Program-made: the position numbers and the translations under genes
Notes under the pieces: generated by a model
What the model was told of the DNA's origin: nothing
Databases searched by the model: none
The model's input: only the letters and a program-made list of their open reading frames with translations
Shown here: one piece after another, positions 32,570-38,134 of the stretch
How positions within the stretch are numbered: position 1 is the first letter of the stretch
Layout: every line of letters starts with the position of its first letter
Assembly: GCF_006345805.1 (NCBI RefSeq)
Contig: NW_021835805.1
Span: 1-38,134 of the forward strand
Origin: Octopus sinensis
Lineage: Eukaryota
Reading direction: 5' to 3'
Length of the DNA stretch: 38,134 nucleotides

Positions 32570-33600
32570 AGAAATAATCGAACTGAATACCCGACTGCGC
32601 GGTTAAACCATTGGGAGTGAAGGATTCCTAGCCTTTGTTAGGGCATCCTACAAGGAGAAGGTAACTCAAGTAACTGGGATAACTCCGAAATAAAACCTGT
32701 GGCTCAGTGGTTACCGATGATGTTGACTTGTTCTTCTTTTCGGATTATGGCTACTGTTGCTTAGTGAGTGGGATTGACTCAGTGCACAGCCTTTCCTCAC
32801 TTTAAAAAAAAACCTTCTTGCACAGGCATTGCACGATAACAACATTGATTAAGCTTCGTGCAATGGCCATACTCGATAACGAGGGGGCAGCCACCATGTA
32901 TGTATGTGTGTATACAGGCGTTGCTGTGTGGTAAGGAGCTTGCTTCCTAACCACATAATTCTGGGTTCAGTCCCACTTCGTGGCACCTTGGGTGAGTGTC
33001 TTCTGCTATGGCCTCGGGCCGACCAACGCCTTGTGAGTGAATTTGGTGGACGGAAACTGAAAGAATCCCGTCGTATATGTATATATATGCGTGTGTGTGT
33101 ATGCGTGATTGTGTGTCTGTTTGTTTCCCCATCATCACTTGCCCTTGTGAGTGGATTTGGTGGACGGAAACTGAAAGAATCCCGTCGTATATGTATATAT
33201 ATGCGCGTGTGTGTATGCGTGATTGTGTGTCTGTTTGTTTCCCCATCATCACTTGACAACCGATGCTGGTGTGTCTATGTTCCAGTAACATAGCGGAGGA
33301 ATGTGAGATCAATAGTCAGGATCACCAAGCTCTATAAAGAGAGTTACTGCAATGGATCCATAGGAGCAGCGTCCATGATTGTGTAATCAGCTAATGAAAG
33401 ATTCCTTTATGATTCAAGCTCCCAATTCAAATTCATAATAATGGAATTGGACGGCGACCGAGAGTCATGGGAATTGGTGAAAGCAAAGAAAAAAAAATGT
33501 TGGCTGTGTTAGACAATTGCTAAGTAACCCTAAGGGTGGGAGTTGAGTGGCAACGAAATTATGATTAACCATCATGCGATAGATGGTAAGGTATGTCTAT
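32570..33600 (+). mobile_element. Possible RTE-like LINE 5' remnant, interrupted by SINE O at 32915-33296
   Basis: Non-SINE sequence continues on both sides of the SINE. TLRVG...EI at ~33525-33565 weakly resembles the start of RTE APE domains. Very decayed. Confidence 0.25.
32915..33296 (+). mobile_element. SINE group O (OK-like), 3'-truncated, with a 114-bp internal tandem duplication
   Basis: A-box ctgtgtggtaag and B-box gggttcagtccc. Duplicated unit at 33029-33142 and 33143-33255. Confidence 0.9.
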
Positions 33601-33643
33601 TAATTTATACTGCTGAAACATTCATATAGTATTAATTTTTACT

Positions 33644-33684
<41 letters not shown>

Positions 33685-34353
33685 ATTTATTTCCTTCTTT
33701 TTTTTTATCAAAATGCCTTAGGATTCCAACAGCTTTTAAGAATCTATTGATAACTTTTTTTTTCAATCCAGCATTTTTTTCTGTCTAGCTAGCCACTAAC
33801 CTTCAAATTTCTTAGTAAAGAGGATTAAACCTCCTCATGAAACCACGTGGGCTTGTTTTCCCTTCCAACTACGTATTCCTAATTGGAGCCGCTCATATTT
33901 CTTCTCATTTGACGATAGCATCGAAATCGTGAGAGCAATTTTCTTTGATACAATTTTTACTTTGATGGAATACACTTTTTGAAGTTTAAAGAAAGAATCA
34001 AAGCAAGGATTATATATATTCATCTAGTTATAACGAACCACAAAATTGCAAAAAACATTTAATATATATAATCACTTGAATGATATTCAGTACGTTTTCT
34101 GTATAAAAGCCACTATTGAATTAATTTTGATTCAACTTGAATGCATCTCATTTATGATTCTATGCTAGATTCTGTTGATTTGGAAACGTTTTATCTAATT
34201 CCTGGCTTGTACTTCTGTACCATTTTTAAGATAATTTTGTAGTTTGTAATAGGTTTGATTTATCCGGTGTATGATGACCTGAACGATATCTTTGTATACC
34301 ATGCCAGACATTTGATCCAATTTTCAGTAATATTTGGTGTATCACAGTGAACA

Positions 34354-34480
34354 CAGACATGATGGTATGATTAAGAAGTACGCCAAGCAGCCACCTTATT
34401 CTGGGTTCGATTTTGCATCCAACTATCAATCCTTGTGAGAGAAATTTAGTTGACAGAAATAGTTGTGTCTGTATATATAC
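34354..34480 (+). mobile_element. Very degenerate group O-like SINE head
   Basis: tggtatgattaagaagtacgc...ctgggttcgatt...ccttgtgagagaaatttagttgacagaaa. Confidence 0.35.
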
Positions 34481-34873
34481 CCAAAAGCCGAAACCTGGTT
34501 TGTGGACATCCCTAATTGCATAATATTTTTATTTTGTGCCGTTAAATGTTTAAATTCTTTCTGTTTTCCTCACATACTGTTTTTTTTTCCTGATATCTTG
34601 GTGCGGTACGGTGGATTCATTTAAGACTTTAGCTCTTATTTCTAGCAGGAAGATGCTTGTTAAGCATCATTATGCTTCGTGCAAATTTATAATTCATGGC
34701 TATATAATGCTATTGCGCCTGCGATCCACCTATGTCACAGCCGGTGATATCATCAATTGTAAAATTTATCCACAGATGATATGAACAGTAGTGGCATCTG
34801 ATTTCAAATCGCAATGTTTGAACGTTTTGCTTATATACATACATACATATATATATATATGTGTGTGTTGTAT

Positions 34874-35669
34874 AATAAAATACAAAATGGGACAAGAACG
34901 CAAAGCATCCGGACAATTAGGTGATACAAAAAGGGACAACAAAACATCCAGACAGACGATAAAAAAACACGGACGGGTCATTCGAAGCCTTTTATCTTCA
35001 GTCAAGAACCGGATCATTCTCGCAATTCCGGCTGATTAATCTTCAGATTGCTCCAATCTGGCCAGCCCCAAGAGAAAAACTAAGCTAAGAGCATTAGATT
35101 CCTTGGAAAAAAGCATCGAATGTATACGAGACAAGGACGGAAAAACAGACGATGTTACACGAATATAAATACAAAAGTACAATAGAAAAACAATAATAAT
35201 AATGATAACAGGACATATCAACAGGGGTCTTTCAACTGGGGACGAATTGAATTCAGGTGGCCTGTGTGGAAATGAAGCCTTACGGCAGAGGGAAGAATGT
35301 CGATGTGGCAGTGACCATGATCAAACACAAAAAGGGCTAGCAGACGGCCAACGGTCACGCGAGAAAAGAAGAGAGAGAAAAGGAGGAACAAATTAAGGAG
35401 GGGAAGATGAGAGAGAGAGTGCGTAGAAGTAGAGAGACGGGAGAATCAAGGAGTGGCGAGAAAAAGGAGAGAGACAGGGACATAGTGAAGTGCAGAGTGA
35501 GTAAGAAAGGCAAAGAAATGTGAGAGAGAGGGAGGAGAAAGAGTTGAAAAAGTCGTACAAAATTTAGTGAAATGTGTACATACATATAAGAGAACAAAGT
35601 GTACGTACGCCGCTATATATAGATATATATATATATAAAATAAAATACAAAATGGGACAAGAACGCAAA
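34874..35669 (-). mobile_element. Penelope-like (partial-tandem) non-autonomous element
   Basis: Perfect 31-bp direct repeat aataaaatacaaaatgggacaagaacgcaaa at 34874-34904 and 35639-35669, each preceded by TA-rich microsatellite. Purine-rich interior; no intact ORF. The class assignment is inferred from the architecture. Confidence 0.45.
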
Positions 35670-35860
35670 TACGTTTCAACCCTAAAGTTGTGGGCATGCT
35701 GGGGCAGTGTCAGTGTAAAGGTATCATACTCTACTGCTCTACCGACTGAGCTATATTCTCAAACCCACACATACACACACACACACATATAGACACACAC
35801 ATACACACACACACATACACACACACACACACACACAATACACACACACACACACACACA

Positions 35861-36424
35861 CGAGGTCTGATGAAAAAGTAGTGGAAACAGTGATTTATAA
35901 AAAGAAAACTACAACACATATCAATTTGGCATTCAATCTCCTTCGAAGTGGTCCCCCTTCTGAAGCCACACCCCTCTTCCAGCGTCGTTTCCATTGATGG
36001 AATAATTCCTGGAACTCCTTTTTGGGGAATAGAGAGCAGCTGCTCTGGCGCATTTTCGTGGATTTCCTCGACGTCTGTAAACCTTGTTCCTTTCAAGTGG
36101 GGTTTGATTTTTGTCTTAGTTTCAGGGTCATAGACCAAGATTCACGATGTGTCACCTGTTGTGACTGTTTTCAGAAACCTTTCATTTTCCTCGATATAAT
36201 CAGGGAAATCCTAGGCAGCTGAAATCTGATCTTCTTTTTGAGACGACCACACTCTACACACTCTACTTCCAAGCACTGCTAAAAACAACGGAAGTGAGCA
36301 AGAATGTTTTAACTCAGTGTGCAATCGCGACAACTTCAAGGTCAATCTGTGCCAAGCGGCTTTACACTGCGCACTTTAGTTCTGTTACCATAGCAACAGT
36401 TCGTCACATTTTGATCACGACCCG
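35861..36424 (-). mobile_element. Internally deleted mariner element with both TIRs
   Basis: Ends cgaggtctgatgaaaaagta and (reverse complement) ta|cgggtcgtgatcaaaatgt. Minus-strand remnants FLKTVTTGDTS*ILVYDPETK are fused to KIKPHLKGTRFTDVEEIHENA...KEFQELFHQWKRRWKRGVASEG..DHFEGD*. Confidence 0.88.
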
Positions 36425-36658
36425 TATATATATATCAATTTGCATATTCGAATTAACCTGGATTATTATATCACTTGACGAAATATCATCAGCCGATGAT
36501 CTCTGTGAATTTTAGCACCTAACGTGTGCCAAAGATGATTGTTTTTCAAGACCATTACTTCAGTCGACAGCGTTCTTAACAACTCATCAAAGTTAAGTTA
36601 GAAGAACAAAATTAATATCCGTTACAAAGGCTGCTTCCGTTGCTAATAGCTAATATAT

Positions 36659-36707
<49 letters not shown>

Positions 36708-36743
36708 GATATCTATATATATATATATATATATATATATCAC

Positions 36744-36945
36744 TACTTGTTTCAGTCATTTGACTGCGGCCATGCTGGAGCACCGCCTTTAGTCGAACGA
36801 ATCGACCCCAGGACTTATTCTAAGCCTAGTACTTATTCTATCGATCTCTACTGCCGAACCACTTAAGTTACGGGGACATAAACACCCGATCCTCGGTTGT
36901 CAAGCGATGGTAGGGGTACAAACATAGACACACAAAAATACACAA

Positions 36946-36979
<34 letters not shown>

Positions 36980-37147
36980 GTGTGTGTGTATATATATATA
37001 CATACACGACAGGCTTCTTTCAGTTTCCGTCAAGCAAATCCACTCACAAGGCTTTGGTGGGCTCGAGGCTATAGTAGAAAACACTTGTCCAAAGTGCCAC
37101 ACAGTGGAACTGAACTCGGAACCATGTGCTTGGGAAGCATGCTTCTT
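36744..37147 (-). mobile_element. SINE group O (OK-like), near full length
   Basis: Its reverse complement is colinear with 32915-33296 and extends through the tail shared with 7176-7318. Internal (TA/CA)n. Confidence 0.9.
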
Positions 37148-37389
37148 TATTTTATAAATTGGCTATGGAAGCCGTACCTAGATGAGACAAATAAGGACAG
37201 ACAAACATAGAGGGTGAAGAAGTTGCTGATTACGAATGGAACGGTTTCGAATGATAAAATATAAATGTCATGATTGCAAATTTTGCAATGTCTGACTGAA
37301 GTAAAGGCATCTAACCGCCAGGTTCGAACCTTTACTTTTCCTTCTGGTCCCACTTACCTGGTTCCATTCACTCGCTGCTTGTTTACTAC

Positions 37390-37690
37390 TTGCTTCCATC
37401 TTTTCGAGAGACGTGGGCTACCAGCCAGGAAGTCCCATAGGGCCTCACCATGGTCTAGCATCCTGCTCCTCCCGAACAACTCGGCGAAGTGCTTGTAAAG
37501 TGTCTCACACATCTCATCGTCAGTCAAAGACCTGATTATGGCATCGTTGCCACGCTGGGTTTCTACCGTACGGGCCCACCCGGTAACATTAATTCCCTCG
37601 CGGCCTAATGCACGTACTTTAGCCCGAACCCTGCATCCCTCATGTTTGGCTTTGAGGTGACGGTCCAAAGCAGTTCACCCTGCAAAAATT
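37390..37690 (-). mobile_element. L1/Tx1-like LINE ORF2 fragment (APE-RT linker region)
   Basis: HEGCRVRAKVRALGREG...IIRSL..EMCETLYKHFAELFG...DFLAGSPRLS resembles the L1/Tx1 linker (RAR.R...EGE.....I..L.....I......FY..LF). Recognised by eye. Confidence 0.55.
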
Positions 37691-38134
37691 AGGTATGTAT
37701 ATGTATATATATATTTAAGGTTTGTCATCTTAATCTATATAATAAAGTAGAATTTGAAAAATTGATTTTTATATATGTATCTATCTATATATATGTGTGT
37801 GTGTGTGTAAATACAGTACACTACTAAAATATTTGTGCATCGAACAAAGATATTTTGCAATATCTACTTCCATCTGAGTTGTACCAACTTTACGCCAAGG
37901 TGGCTTTATCCTTTCACACTTAATAAGACGAATCAAAAATACTAATGTGGTGATTCATATGATTGACCAAAATCCAGGAAAGTAATGCGCGCCCTAATAT
38001 GGCAGCATCTCCAATAACTGAAACGAATACCAGAATAGAAGAACAAAAGATTATTCTGAGAGCTGACATAGAAGTTTCGTTGATTTGGATTGACTACCGC
38101 CATCTTCCCCGCTCTTTTACCACCATTAAATTGT

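Noticed and set aside
34970-35075. Hammerhead candidates on the minus strand (CTGAAGA...GAA)
   Set aside because: Neither CTGAAGA can be combined with a closing stem II, GAAA, stem III and stem I. Kept only as a lead in the findings.

Overview
This is AT-rich, repeat-saturated, non-coding animal DNA. The SINE families and microsatellite load suggest a cephalopod, probably Octopus (inference). I find no intact protein-coding gene, and almost every listed ORF is a translated microsatellite. Contents: (1) about 25 tRNA-headed SINE copies in four groups (my own labels A, B, C, O), several with clean 10-17 bp target-site duplications (TSDs), plus a head/tail chimera, dimers and a ~250 bp SINE-derived tandem array; (2) decayed transposon remnants: three mariner, two L1/Tx1-like LINE, one R4/Dong-like 3' end, one Helitron Pif1-helicase piece, and pogo- and hAT-type MITEs; (3) a (TAA)n-associated non-autonomous element present three times in one tract; (4) very large compound microsatellites. 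The most interesting signal is two different palindromic elements (7456-8373 and 30288-30757). Each carries a minimal, Penelope-type hammerhead ribozyme motif in both arms, pointing outward. In one the motif sits downstream of a Pol III tRNA-like head, giving a 'SINE with a hammerhead tail'. In the other it has an apparent U3-A8 core covariation, a GUC cleavage site and a self-complementary stem III. All repeat names and ribozyme folds were assigned by eye and need database, covariance-model and biochemical checks.
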